Of a DNA stretch of 64,000 bases, positions 10,597-20,063 are shown in pieces. Origin of the DNA: an uncultured Acidobacteriota bacterium (GTDB lineage Bacteria; Acidobacteriota; UBA6911); the NCBI GenBank assembly GCA_963809485.1, contig CAWEJX010000020.1, positions 896,001 through 960,000 on the forward strand, read 5' to 3'. How positions within the stretch are numbered: the first letter of the stretch is position 1; every line of letters begins with the position of its first letter. Both the position numbers and the translations under genes were made by a program. The notes beneath the pieces were generated by a model. That model did not search any database, was not told the DNA's origin, and worked only from the letters and a program-made list of their open reading frames with translations.

Positions 10597-11319
10597 TCAA
10601 TGGATAGTGGGTTTCTTCTTTTTAGCGTCCTCGACCTTGCGCCGGACATCCCCATAGTAGACTTCAAACTGCCGCTTCAGCTGCTCGTGACGGCGCTGGT
10701 CGTAAAAGAGCCGGTATTTGTCCACCCAGTCCTTCCCCTTGAGGTACAGGTATCCGACCACCATCCCGCCGAGATGAGCGATGCTGGCGATGCCGGACTC
10801 CGAACCGTCGATTGAGGATAGAAAGGCGGCCGCTCCCATGATCAGGACCAGCCACTTGACTTTGAGCGGAAGCAGGAAGTTCAGGTAGACAATGCGGTTC
10901 GGGTAGGTTATTCCATAGGCAAGAAGGAGGCCGTAAATGGCGCCGGAAGCCCCGATAATGACGGCCCAGCTGTGCATGGCAACAAGCCAGGAACAGACTC
11001 CCGCCCCGATGCCGGTTATAAAATAGTAGGTCAGAAATCGCCGCGTCCCCCAATAACGTTCCAGTTCATTGCCGAACATGAACAGAGTCAGCATATTGAA
11101 AAACAGGTGGAAGACGCCTCCGTGCAAAAACATGTACGTGACCAGCTGCCAGATCATCCGTTCCTGCGTAAGGCGTATGGGCACCAGGCCAAAATAGAGA
11201 TCGAGGAAGTTGCTGCCGAGCAGATGAGAAACGATCTGCAGCAAATACGCAGCAATATTTATGGCGATAAGAGTCTTGACTGTCCGGGTAACCGGTCCTC
11301 CAAAGATGTAGTTGCTCAT
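10597..11319 (-). CDS. Rhomboid family intramembrane serine protease
   Basis: WQLVTYMFLHGG, HLFFNM, GASG, AHLGG; start taken at MSNYIF. Confidence 0.95.
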   Translation of the reverse strand: MSNYIFGGPVTRTVKTLIAINIAAYLLQIVSHLLGSNFLDLYFGLVPIRLTQERMIWQLVTYMFLHGGVFHLFFNMLTLFMFGNELERYWGTRRFLTYYFITGIGAGVCSWLVAMHSWAVIIGASGAIYGLLLAYGITYPNRIVYLNFLLPLKVKWLVLIMGAAAFLSSIDGSESGIASIAHLGGMVVGYLYLKGKDWVDKYRLFYDQRRHEQLKRQFEVYYGDVRRKVEDAKKKKPTIH

Positions 11320-11459
11320 CAAGAGTAATGTAGGAGAATTGGCGGGCGAATTCAACCGCCGCCGGCCCTGTATTGCCGAATTTCCTGGAATCTTTCCATT
11401 CTGTCGCCGTCACTGGTAGAATTAGGCCTCCATTTGAAGATAAAGCGAGGGTATCTCTG

Positions 11460-12215
11460 ATGAGAGCGAGCGGCCGCAACCATGATGCAATGCGCGAGGT
11501 ATGCATCGATCTGGATTACACGAAACATGCGGATGGGTCTGTGCAGATGGCGGTTGGAGACACTAGGGTTCTGTGCACCTGCACGGTCGAAGACAAGGTC
11601 CCGTTCTTTCTGAACCATATGAACCAGGGATGGGTTACGGCGGAGTATGGCATGCTTCCGGGCGCCACAACCACGCGCTCGGCGCGTGAAGCCGCGCGCG
11701 GCAAGCAATCGGGCAGAACCATCGAGATCCAGCGGCTGATCGGCCGTTCTCTGCGCTCGGTTGTGAACCTCTCGCTTTTGGGTACACGAACGCTCCTGAT
11801 CGATTGCGATGTCATTCAGGCGGACGGCGGAACACGGACCGCAGCCATCACCGGCGGGTTTCTGGCACTGGCGATAGCATTGAATAAACTGATGGATCGA
11901 AAGCTGCTTCCTTTTTCCCCATTGCAGGATTATGTGGCAGCAACCAGCGTCGGCATCATCGACGGGACTGCGTGCCTCGATCTCGACTATAAGGAAGATT
12001 TCAGGGCCGAGGTCGATATGAACCTCGTCATGACCGGCAACGGCCGTTATGTGGAGATCCAGGGGACAGCCGAAAAAACCCCATTCTCCGCGGAACAGTT
12101 CGAACAGCTGCAATCCCTGGGCGCTCAGGGGATACGTCAGTTGATCCAGTTGCAGAAGTCCGCGCTGGGGCCCCGTATGGACTTGAAGCGCCTGTTTCCC
12201 ACTCCTAAAGGATAG
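11460..12215 (+). CDS. rph: Ribonuclease PH
   Basis: GWVTAEYGMLP, GRTIEIQRLIGRSLR, DCDVIQADGGTRTA, DMNLVMT, EIQGTAE; start taken at MRASGR. Confidence 0.97.
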   Translation: MRASGRNHDAMREVCIDLDYTKHADGSVQMAVGDTRVLCTCTVEDKVPFFLNHMNQGWVTAEYGMLPGATTTRSAREAARGKQSGRTIEIQRLIGRSLRSVVNLSLLGTRTLLIDCDVIQADGGTRTAAITGGFLALAIALNKLMDRKLLPFSPLQDYVAATSVGIIDGTACLDLDYKEDFRAEVDMNLVMTGNGRYVEIQGTAEKTPFSAEQFEQLQSLGAQGIRQLIQLQKSALGPRMDLKRLFPTPKG

Positions 12216-12228
12216 AGCGTTCGTATTC

Positions 12229-12852
12229 ATGCCAGCTGCGGGTCTCCAAACTATTGTTGTTGCCACACGGAATGCCGGGAAATTGCGCGAATTCCGGAGC
12301 CTGCTTGCCTCTCTGGGGAGCCGGATTCTGAGCCTGAACGACCTGTCGCTGGATGCTGAACTGGAGGAATCCGGGGACAGCTTCGCGGAAAACGCGCGGC
12401 TGAAGGCGGTCGGCTACTCCTGTTTGACGAAATATCCTGTGCTTGCGGACGATTCCGGCCTGGAGGTCGAAGCGCTTGGGGGGCGGCCGGGTATCCATTC
12501 GGCCCGATATGCAGGGCCGGGAGCATCCGATCCCGATCGCATCTCAAAGCTTTTGCGCGAGCTTGAAAATGCGGCCGGAGGACGCAGCGCGCGTTTTGTA
12601 TGCGCCCTGGCCCTGGCGCAGGATGGGGAACTTCTGCTCGAAACCGAAGGGGAGTGCCGAGGCACCATCGCGAAGGGTCCGCGCGGGACAAACGGCTTCG
12701 GTTACGACCCGGTCTTTCTGTTCCCGGAACTCGGCAAAACCTATGCAGAGTTAGACGAATCGGAAAAGAACCAATACAGCCACCGTGCCCGCGCCGTCGC
12801 TTCCCTTCTGGATCAATCGAAGGAGTTCCGAATCGTCAATCGTCAATCGTAA
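12229..12852 (+). CDS. rdgB: Non-canonical purine NTP pyrophosphatase (RdgB/HAM1)
   Basis: ATRNAGK, ADDSGL, PGIHSARY, GFGYDPVF, KNQYSHR; follows rph. Confidence 0.96.
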   Translation: MPAAGLQTIVVATRNAGKLREFRSLLASLGSRILSLNDLSLDAELEESGDSFAENARLKAVGYSCLTKYPVLADDSGLEVEALGGRPGIHSARYAGPGASDPDRISKLLRELENAAGGRSARFVCALALAQDGELLLETEGECRGTIAKGPRGTNGFGYDPVFLFPELGKTYAELDESEKNQYSHRARAVASLLDQSKEFRIVNRQS

Positions 12853-12914
12853 ATCGCGGCGCTGGCAGGCAGCCTCAAATTGAGTTAAAATGTCTTTCCC
12901 TTGTACCCTAAAGT

Positions 12915-12991
12915 CGGGGCATAGCGCAGCCTGGTAGCGCGCCTGCCTTGGGCGCAGGAGGTCTCCAGTTCAAATCTGGATGCCCCGACCA
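12915..12991 (+). tRNA. tRNA-Pro (anticodon TGG)
   Basis: cggggca.../tgccccg acceptor stem, D arm gcgcagcctggtagcgc, anticodon arm cctgc-cttgggc-gcagg, T loop ttcaaat, encoded CCA; 77 nt. Confidence 0.97.
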
Positions 12992-13005
12992 TTCAAGATC
13001 ACGCA

Positions 13006-15048
13006 TCAGGCGCCCAATTTGCCCTTGGACGCCATGTCATCCGCAATTTTTTTCAAGCCCAAGCCTTCCAGCGTCTTTCTGGTAGGCCACCCGGTTTTGA
13101 CGTCCCAGCCCTCCAGTTTGTAGAAATGGGTCTTGAACTGATCCACTCCGGCCCTGTCAAGGTACAGGTCATCCTGTTTCTGAAAATCCCATTTACCGTT
13201 TTCGTAAACGGGCTTTCCGCCGCTGAGCGACATGAAGGAGGCGCCGGGCATATACATAAACGGGGCAAAATCTTCATTGTCCCTGCGTCTTCCCTGCATC
13301 ACCCTTATCGCCCGCTCCACGTTCCAGATCCTTCTGCCGATTTCCATGGTGTCGGCGAAAGTGAGTTTGTTCCCGGTGACGGCGTGATAGTAGCGATACT
13401 CCAATTCGGGGCTGGGGCCGGCGATGCCGCTTGCGGACCTGCTGACGAACACGGGCAGCATCATTTCGCAGAATGACATGGATTCGTTATAGAAACCGGC
13501 AAAACGCCTGGCCCAGGCTACCATTTTGGCCTTGTGTTCGGAATAGATGCCGGTCTTCCAGGCGTCCTGTCCTTTCCAGGAATTGCTGAATATCAACGGG
13601 TCGCCGTCAAAGGGCACAACTTTTTGGGACAGCATATCGACAAGCTGCTCGGCCGTGTACGCAGCCGGCCCGCCCCCGGGACCGCCGCCCGGACCCAGCG
13701 AGAAAAATCCGTGCCACATCGGATCGCCGGACATCAGAAGGTAGCCGTAGGCCCAGTCCGCGCCGGGAAGCGTCCAATGCCAGCTGGCCCCCCAGGCCGG
13801 GAGCCGCAATGCGCCGGAGTTCAGATCCTCCTCGAGCCGTCCCCACTTTTTGGCCGCCTCCAGAATCCCTTCAGCAAGATCCGCACCTATCCCGATTTTC
13901 CGTGTGATGGCATCGCAGAAGGCTTCGCGAAAATTCAGCTGGCCCCATTGATCCATCGGCAGCGGATGGGATTCGATTTTCCTGCCCGGTCCCAGCACTC
14001 CGATTTCATAGAGGTATTTGATATACCAGCCCATCCCGGGCTCCATGGGCACCTTGCCCTTGAACAGCGCGGGCGCGCCGGGCACTTCCGCCTCGAAAGC
14101 GCCGCCGAACTTGGTGGCCCAGGTGCAAATCCCCCATTTGATGGCAATGTCGGCGCCTCTCATCTGGTCCGGCATATACCAATATTGATCCGCGCACATG
14201 GATTCGCCGCCGTAATAGGAGTCCCGCCTGCGGTCGCTGTTGACGCAAGGCATACACGCGGATGCGCCCGCCTGGACTCCCATGCTCCTGGGAAAAGCCT
14301 GTATATGCCAAATTCTTGTGTCCACCAGGCCTTTGGGGTCTGCAGCCTGAATGCTGCCAGTTCCGATCACGCTGATGGCCTTCAGGTTCTTGGAACCGAA
14401 AACGCCTCCGAACCCTCCCGTCCGGGCGTTGATGCCGCTACCATGAATCAAGGATGCAACCCGCGCCATCGACTCACCCACGGGGCCGATGCAGACAATC
14501 TGCGGCCTTGCGGTTGTGTAGTCATTGCCTATCGGGTGCCATTCATCGCCGAAACGGGTTCTCCCGGCCACCATCGAGAGAATCTGGCCCTGTGTTTCAT
14601 TAGTATTCAGGCCCCAGAGCGACTTGGCATCCTCGATCGTCGCCTTATCGTTGATGATGTTGATCCAGACCGGCCTGTCCGCCTTGCCATGCACCACGAC
14701 GCCATCCCAGCCGGCAAGCTTCATCATGGTGGCGAACCTGCCGCCAAAACTGGTCCGATGAAACAGGCTCGTCGGGAAGGTCTCCGGGGCTATGGCGCAA
14801 ACGCTGGTCCTTCCGGCTCCGGGAACGCCGGTTGCTGCCAAAGGCCCGCTCATCAGCGAAATCACGTTCCTCGGGTCAAACGCATCCTGCAAGTCCCAAT
14901 CGCCCGGCGCGACCGCCAGGTCCCAGAATATGGCGGCACTTATTCCGACTCCGCCGCCGAATTCCTCGTACCTGGCGGTATCGATCGTGCTGACCTCTTT
15001 CGTCGTCAGATTCACTTTCAGAATCTTTCCTGCATATCCGTTTGCCAT
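13006..15048 (-). CDS. Aldehyde:ferredoxin oxidoreductase family (AOR/YdhV-like) W/Mo-bis-pterin enzyme
   Basis: GYAGKILKVNLT, GG(R)FATMMKLAGWD, CIGPVGE, GGVFGSKNLKAI, C-terminal YKLEGWD...GWPT..TLEGLGL. Confidence 0.92.
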   Translation of the reverse strand: MANGYAGKILKVNLTTKEVSTIDTARYEEFGGGVGISAAIFWDLAVAPGDWDLQDAFDPRNVISLMSGPLAATGVPGAGRTSVCAIAPETFPTSLFHRTSFGGRFATMMKLAGWDGVVVHGKADRPVWINIINDKATIEDAKSLWGLNTNETQGQILSMVAGRTRFGDEWHPIGNDYTTARPQIVCIGPVGESMARVASLIHGSGINARTGGFGGVFGSKNLKAISVIGTGSIQAADPKGLVDTRIWHIQAFPRSMGVQAGASACMPCVNSDRRRDSYYGGESMCADQYWYMPDQMRGADIAIKWGICTWATKFGGAFEAEVPGAPALFKGKVPMEPGMGWYIKYLYEIGVLGPGRKIESHPLPMDQWGQLNFREAFCDAITRKIGIGADLAEGILEAAKKWGRLEEDLNSGALRLPAWGASWHWTLPGADWAYGYLLMSGDPMWHGFFSLGPGGGPGGGPAAYTAEQLVDMLSQKVVPFDGDPLIFSNSWKGQDAWKTGIYSEHKAKMVAWARRFAGFYNESMSFCEMMLPVFVSRSASGIAGPSPELEYRYYHAVTGNKLTFADTMEIGRRIWNVERAIRVMQGRRRDNEDFAPFMYMPGASFMSLSGGKPVYENGKWDFQKQDDLYLDRAGVDQFKTHFYKLEGWDVKTGWPTRKTLEGLGLKKIADDMASKGKLGA

Positions 15049-15050
15049 GG

Positions 15051-15797
15051 CTATGCTCCTTCCTTCGATGCCGGTTTCGAGGCCTTTTTGGGCGCCGCTT
15101 TGGGCGGCGGAGCCAGATTGACGTCATACCCGGCGACATCCAATTGCGAAGGAGCTTCATGCACCAGCTTCAGCGCCTTGACCGGGCAGGTCTCCACGCA
15201 TGCCTGTTTGCCGTCGGGACCGCCCTTTTGGCTCCAATAAGGCGCGTCGGCGCACAGGTCGCATTTCGTGGATTTGCTTTTCGCTGAATTCCAGACTGTC
15301 CGGTGCGGCCGCTGCGGGCAGGAGTTGATGCACTGCTTGCAGCCGATGCATTTCGACTGGTCGATCAAACGAACATTACCGTTGGCCGCGTCCACGTGAC
15401 AGGCTCCCGTGGGGCAGTTCTGTACGCACAGCGGCGAGACGCACTGGCGGCACACCGACATGACAATGTCGTAGGGGTATTTGGTGAAAGATGGGGCATC
15501 CCGGATGATTTGTATTCTCGACAGCGAGGGATTGGCCATTCCCTCGTGGGTCATGGAGCAGGCAAACATGCAGCTCTGGCAGCCCAGGCAGAGCCGGCTG
15601 TCATAGACGATGTATCCGGTCGACGCCTCGTAGGTCGGTTTTGCCGCCGCGGGCCCGGTTTGCTCCGGCGTTGCTGCAATCGTTTCGGGAACACAGACAG
15701 TCAGCGCTCCGGCCGCGATCGCGGCTCCGCCGCCGGCCAGAAATTCCCTGCGCAGAACCTTTTTATTCCTGTCACCGGCTTTCCTAATTTCAGCCAT
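15051..15797 (-). CDS. 4Fe-4S dicluster electron-transfer subunit (DmsB/YdhY-like) with twin-arginine signal
   Basis: RREFL Tat motif; CLGCQSC..AC, CRQC...CVQNCP, CIGCKQC..CP, KCDLC...CVETCP. Confidence 0.9.
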   Translation of the reverse strand: MAEIRKAGDRNKKVLRREFLAGGGAAIAAGALTVCVPETIAATPEQTGPAAAKPTYEASTGYIVYDSRLCLGCQSCMFACSMTHEGMANPSLSRIQIIRDAPSFTKYPYDIVMSVCRQCVSPLCVQNCPTGACHVDAANGNVRLIDQSKCIGCKQCINSCPQRPHRTVWNSAKSKSTKCDLCADAPYWSQKGGPDGKQACVETCPVKALKLVHEAPSQLDVAGYDVNLAPPPKAAPKKASKPASKEGA

Positions 15798-16073
15798 GGA
15801 CTATCTCCTCCTTTATTCGGCAGCATTCTCCTTGCCGTCGGGATCTTGAGCCCAATGATAAAAAAAGCTACTCCGTATGATGCTTAACAACCCCCGGCCA
15901 AGCCATAGGATTGACTGCAGCGCGCTCAAAGCGGCTGAACGAGCCCCACCAGCCCAAACGGATGACAAACACTGACCTCAAAAATAGTAGTCAGTGTTCA
16001 TCAGCGTTTTTTCAGCGTATGTCAGCGTTACCTGATACTGCAGCCGCAATACTCTTCTGGTCCCTCTATTTAC

Positions 16074-17216
16074 CTATGCCAGAAGCTCCTGTGCCCGGAT
16101 TAACCGATCCCGGACATGGACTCCATTCGGGCATTGGATTGCGCATTCGGAGCAATCGCCGCAGCGAATGTCGCGGACTTCCTTGGACAGGTCCCTGAAG
16201 CTCGCCAAAGCCTGGTGATAGTTGCCGCAGAAGTCGTGATAGGCGAGAAATCGCATCACATCGGTCACGGGCATGCCTTTCGGGCATTTCCCGCTGCACT
16301 CGTAGCACATGCGGCAGTACAGAGGCCGTATCTGCTCGTTCCGAACGTAAAGGAGCTTCTCATCCGCCGGCGTATAGGGTTCGGACATTGCCCGGAAGTT
16401 CATTTCGAGTTCCGGAATCTTCCGCATGTGAGGAACCGTTGTCCCGATGGCCGGATTTTTCAAAACCCATTTAATGCCGGCGAGAGGGCCTTCACCCGTC
16501 GTTTTGGGAGGATTATCGAGCACCTTCAGATTCAGGCCCGTCAACGCCACGACGACCTTCATCGCAATAACGCCGATACCGGCATCGTGGAGCTTTGCAA
16601 TCGCCTGGTCCCTGTAATACCCTCCGATGGCAAAACTGTAAGTGGTCTGTATGACGTCAAATTTCCCGGTCTTTATAATGAAATCGACCATCCTGTTCGG
16701 ATCGTGGCAGCTGAAACCGATGAAGCGCGCTTTCCCCGACTGTTTGCATTGCTCCAGAGCTTCAATGGCTTCATCCGGGACCGATGCCGGTGTATCCCGC
16801 GCGTGGAGGTGCCAGATATCGACATAGTCCGTGCCCAGCTCTTTCAGACTGGTGTCGAGGTCGCGCAAAATATCTGGCTTTTTTCGCGAGGGGGATTTGG
16901 TCGCAATAACGATTTTGTCTCTCTGCCTGCCCTTGATCACGCCAGAGAAGATTTTTTCGCTGTCGCCGTAGTCGCGGGCGGTATCGAAATAATTGACGCC
17001 CATGTCCAGGGCTCGCGCGACCACCTCTGTAATAGGTACAAAGCCTATGCCGTAGCCGACACCCGATACCTTTAAACCCGTTTTGCCCAAGGTCCTATAA
17101 ACAACCTTGGGAGGTTCCTGAAACATCGAATCCAGGCCTTTGGATGAAACAAGCCCAGCTGCCGGCAGGGTAAGACCTGCCTGAAGAAATTGCCTTCGTG
17201 ACCGATTGAGGCTCAC
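16074..17216 (-). CDS. Aldo/keto reductase with C-terminal 4Fe-4S domain and Tat signal
   Basis: SRRQFL; YRTLGKTGLKVS, NYFDTARDY, IGFSCH; CRMCYEC..CP and CGDCSEC...CP. Confidence 0.9.
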   Translation of the reverse strand: MSLNRSRRQFLQAGLTLPAAGLVSSKGLDSMFQEPPKVVYRTLGKTGLKVSGVGYGIGFVPITEVVARALDMGVNYFDTARDYGDSEKIFSGVIKGRQRDKIVIATKSPSRKKPDILRDLDTSLKELGTDYVDIWHLHARDTPASVPDEAIEALEQCKQSGKARFIGFSCHDPNRMVDFIIKTGKFDVIQTTYSFAIGGYYRDQAIAKLHDAGIGVIAMKVVVALTGLNLKVLDNPPKTTGEGPLAGIKWVLKNPAIGTTVPHMRKIPELEMNFRAMSEPYTPADEKLLYVRNEQIRPLYCRMCYECSGKCPKGMPVTDVMRFLAYHDFCGNYHQALASFRDLSKEVRDIRCGDCSECAIQCPNGVHVRDRLIRAQELLA

Positions 17217-17476
17217 AAAACCTCCTGTTTGATGGAATTATTTGTCTTTCGCAGATTGCGAAGCATCTTGAATTACTCATTCGCTGCATAACAAGGAACC
17301 CACGCAACCTCAGAGGGCTCCCCAGTGCTCTTTAATTGTAATTGAAAATGTAAGAATTTGTTATATTTTTCATGTGTCTCAGTTTCGTAAAATTTTGAAG
17401 CTGGAATTCATTGGCAGAAGCATCCCTGTAGACTGGGGAAACGCCGCTTTTAGAATTGCCGGCAAGAAGATCCGGC

Positions 17477-17635
17477 GTGCAAGGGCCGATAGATGAAAAA
17501 ACCGCGTATGTGCAGGGCAACCTTGCCATCCTGGAAAGAGACCGCTCGCGCGGCGCCCACAATTTCGATTATGCGCTGGAAATCATGGCCCTAGCGGCAG
17601 CAGACCTCAAGGAAATCAAGACCGCGATGAAATAG
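17477..17635 (+). pseudogene. Possible gene fragment resembling a multiheme cytochrome C-terminus
   Basis: Short frame ...NLAILERDRSRGAHNFDYALEIM...stop; HNxxYA is reminiscent of multiheme cytochrome C-termini; no clear start. Confidence 0.3.
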
Positions 17636-17918
17636 CTTTCCAATGGTTCGGGGTTCGAGCCTTGAGAGCCAACCAGGCAAGGGCTGTGTCCTTGATATCC
17701 CGCTGAACAACAGCTGGATATCGAAGCCAGAAGTCAGGAGCCGGTGTCCGCTTGAATTCTGGCTTTCGACTCCCGGCTTCTTGTTTCGAACCCTAATGAA
17801 ATTCTCGTAACATCAGAAATAACGGTTCAATGAACCTATGTGGCGATGGCGAGCATGATATCCATATTCGCTCGGAATGCATTGGTTCGGTAGCCGGAAG
17901 CGTTATCAATTTACGGCC

Positions 17919-18320
17919 AGTCAGGTACCTCCGGCAAAGCCGGAGGCTTGAAAGATTGGAACCGCTCAAAGCGGTTGGAGGAGTTATGCCGGTCTTGAAC
18001 GCTGACTTACGCGGGCAAAAGCCGATGAGGCGCTTCCGATCCCCGCAGGGGCCAGCGCTCCGCGCTGGAAAGTTTTCTGCGGCGGCACTGTGGCAAGCGC
18101 CATGCGGCAAGGAGATGAAGGGTGTGAGAAACCGGGCGTTTGCTACAGTGCCGCCGCAGCAAACTCCATCGGAAGCGCCTCATCGGCTTTTGCTCGCCGA
18201 CCCTCGCCGAACAAATCGGCGTTTGTCAGCGCTCTTATCAGCGTTTCTCAGCGTTTCAAAATACGGAGCTGTCAAACTCTTTGAGTCCCCCGGCAGAGCC
18301 GGGGGTTTACCAATGGAATC
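17919..18320. mobile_element. ~402-bp non-autonomous palindromic element with IS200/IS605-like end hairpins, copy 1
   Basis: Near-identical to 20064-20465 and 51291-51692; end hairpins cctccggc-aaa-gccggagg and cccccggc-aga-gccggggg; no credible ORF. Confidence 0.85.
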
Positions 18321-18372
18321 ACGAATCAGGATCACGGAACAGACTCCCATTGCAGCAGCGGATCGGCGCAGA

Positions 18373-18810
18373 TTACGGTGTCTCGGATTTGTGGCAGGTC
18401 AGACAGCGTGTGTTTGCAGCAAAAGCCGTCGGCATGCCGTCGTTCCGATTTTGCCCGTTATGGCATTGGGCGCATCCATCGGCTTCGTGCGGGACTTCCA
18501 TCCCGATAGGGCCTCCCGAAACGCGCTCAAACGGCACAGGGTGGCAATGGTCGCAGGAAAATCCGACGGATCCGGCTGCCGCCTTGTCCGGCTTTACGGC
18601 AAGATGCCTTAGATGCGAGAATGCAACAGGATCCATGCGATTCAGCTTGATAACAACGTCAACAGCGGGTATTGGTTGAGCAACGGGATCGCTATTAAGG
18701 GCGAAACCGATTGCCGCCAGGCAGCCAAGGGCACAGAGGAGCGCAATAAGCTTTTTCGCCTTGCGCCCCCAAATGGCCTCAATGTCTTTTCTGTGAAGAG
18801 TCTTTTCCAT
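18373..18810 (-). CDS. Small triheme c-type cytochrome (c7-like)
   Basis: Signal/TM segment, FSH motif, three CxxCH motifs (CDHCH, CAQCH, CLTCH). Confidence 0.85.
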   Translation of the reverse strand: MEKTLHRKDIEAIWGRKAKKLIALLCALGCLAAIGFALNSDPVAQPIPAVDVVIKLNRMDPVAFSHLRHLAVKPDKAAAGSVGFSCDHCHPVPFERVSGGPIGMEVPHEADGCAQCHNGQNRNDGMPTAFAANTRCLTCHKSETP

Positions 18811-18815
18811 ACAAG

Positions 18816-19721
18816 CTATTTCTCGGTGGGAGTCGCTCCATGGACTCTCTCGACATCCTTTTTTGCACCCATCAGCGCGTCGTATCGGGCTTGCCCGACC
18901 TCGAGGAATTTTCCCACCAAAACGGTGTGCGCATCCACAGGGAGCTTTTTGTAATCCACTTCCGTCAGGAACCGCCCGACCGTGCTTCGCACAACCTGCT
19001 GCCTGTCCCTCTCTCCCGCAAACGATACAACCGCCACCGGAGTCTCAAGCGGATAGTGCCGTTTCAGCTGCTCGAAGAGTCTCGCATAGTTGAGATTCAT
19101 GGTGTAGATCACCATGCTCGTCTGCGCGGCCATCAGCTTTTCGTTGACATCCTTGCGGCCCGGCCAGTCGTCCATGGTCACGATGACGGAGTTCGTGTCG
19201 TAGCCGAAAACCGGGCTCATCTTCACAGCCGCGCTGGACGCCTGAAAGGCTCCGATGCCCGGAATGATCTCCGAAGGGAAATCCTTCGGCAGCATCTCGA
19301 GATAAAAAGTGGTGCCGTAAATCATGGGGTCCCCGCCCTCCAGGGCCGCCACAATCTTGCCTGCCTCGACCGCCTTGCGTATTTTTTCCGCGGCCGCCTG
19401 CCGGTGGGCAGCGTTCTTTTCCACGATGGCGCGCATGTCCGGGTCGCTGACGTCCTTCGGATCCAGACCCAGGCCTACGCGGGCGCCGTGGGGACAATAG
19501 ATGACTTCCTTGCCGCCGATGAAGTCCTTCCAGTATTCCTTCTCCGAAGGCTCCTCCAGCAGGATAACGTCAGCCTTCCTGATGACCTCCACTCCCCGGA
19601 CCGTGATCAGGTCGGGCGCCGTGCCCATCCCGACGATGTAGAACTTCCCCGGCGCCGCCAGGGCTGTCTGCGCGAAAGCGACAACCGCCACAAAGCCGAT
19701 GTATCGAAAAAGCCGATGCAT
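18816..19721 (-). CDS. Tetrapyrrole (precorrin) methylase family, CobM/CbiF-like, with apparent signal peptide
   Basis: KFYIVGMGTAPDLITVRG, LEGGDPMIYG, EIIPGIGAF, ETPVAVV; N-terminus MHRLFRYIGFVAVVAFAQTALA. Confidence 0.85.
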   Translation of the reverse strand: MHRLFRYIGFVAVVAFAQTALAAPGKFYIVGMGTAPDLITVRGVEVIRKADVILLEEPSEKEYWKDFIGGKEVIYCPHGARVGLGLDPKDVSDPDMRAIVEKNAAHRQAAAEKIRKAVEAGKIVAALEGGDPMIYGTTFYLEMLPKDFPSEIIPGIGAFQASSAAVKMSPVFGYDTNSVIVTMDDWPGRKDVNEKLMAAQTSMVIYTMNLNYARLFEQLKRHYPLETPVAVVSFAGERDRQQVVRSTVGRFLTEVDYKKLPVDAHTVLVGKFLEVGQARYDALMGAKKDVERVHGATPTEK

Positions 19722-20063
19722 TCCGTTTTCCCTTTCCCCTATGCGTACTGTAACGTCCGCATACCATATGCCTTTTATCAATTACATAACGCGCGGTTGC
19801 TTATACACGACTTGATAATTTTATACAAGACTTTTTCCTCTCCGCGGGTTCCGGGCGGGAATTGGCCGACGGAGGCTTCGGGTTCCGGAGTGTTTGAAAC
19901 TTGAGAGCCGTGCCCAATCGGCGGGGAGAGGGAGTATCCTCGGGCGAATCCGGAAGCGTTGCGGTTGCCGGCCCCTCAAAAAGACCTGATCGGAACCAAC
20001 AAAGGATAAACTGGCTTCATGCGCAATAAATATCTTTGCAGCTTTTTGAACCGCAGAATGTCG

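Noticed and set aside
13534-15240. Long antisense ORFs (also 283-1749, 25871-27469, 52894-54846)
   Set aside because: Shadows of well-supported genes on the opposite strand, expected in GC-rich DNA.
12915-17700. Integrative island or prophage at tRNA-Pro
   Set aside because: No integrase, phage genes or duplicated tRNA-Pro 3' end seen in the window.
17830-18679. ORFs overlapping the 402-bp element (also near 20129-20519 and 51276-51817)
   Set aside because: Starts and stops differ between copies, there are no recognisable motifs, and the sequence is better explained as a palindromic non-coding repeat.
18816-19721. Borosin RiPP methyltransferase or cobalamin operon
   Set aside because: It has the CobM-like GDP motif rather than the borosin YGHP motif, and no precursor or other cob/cbi genes are adjacent.
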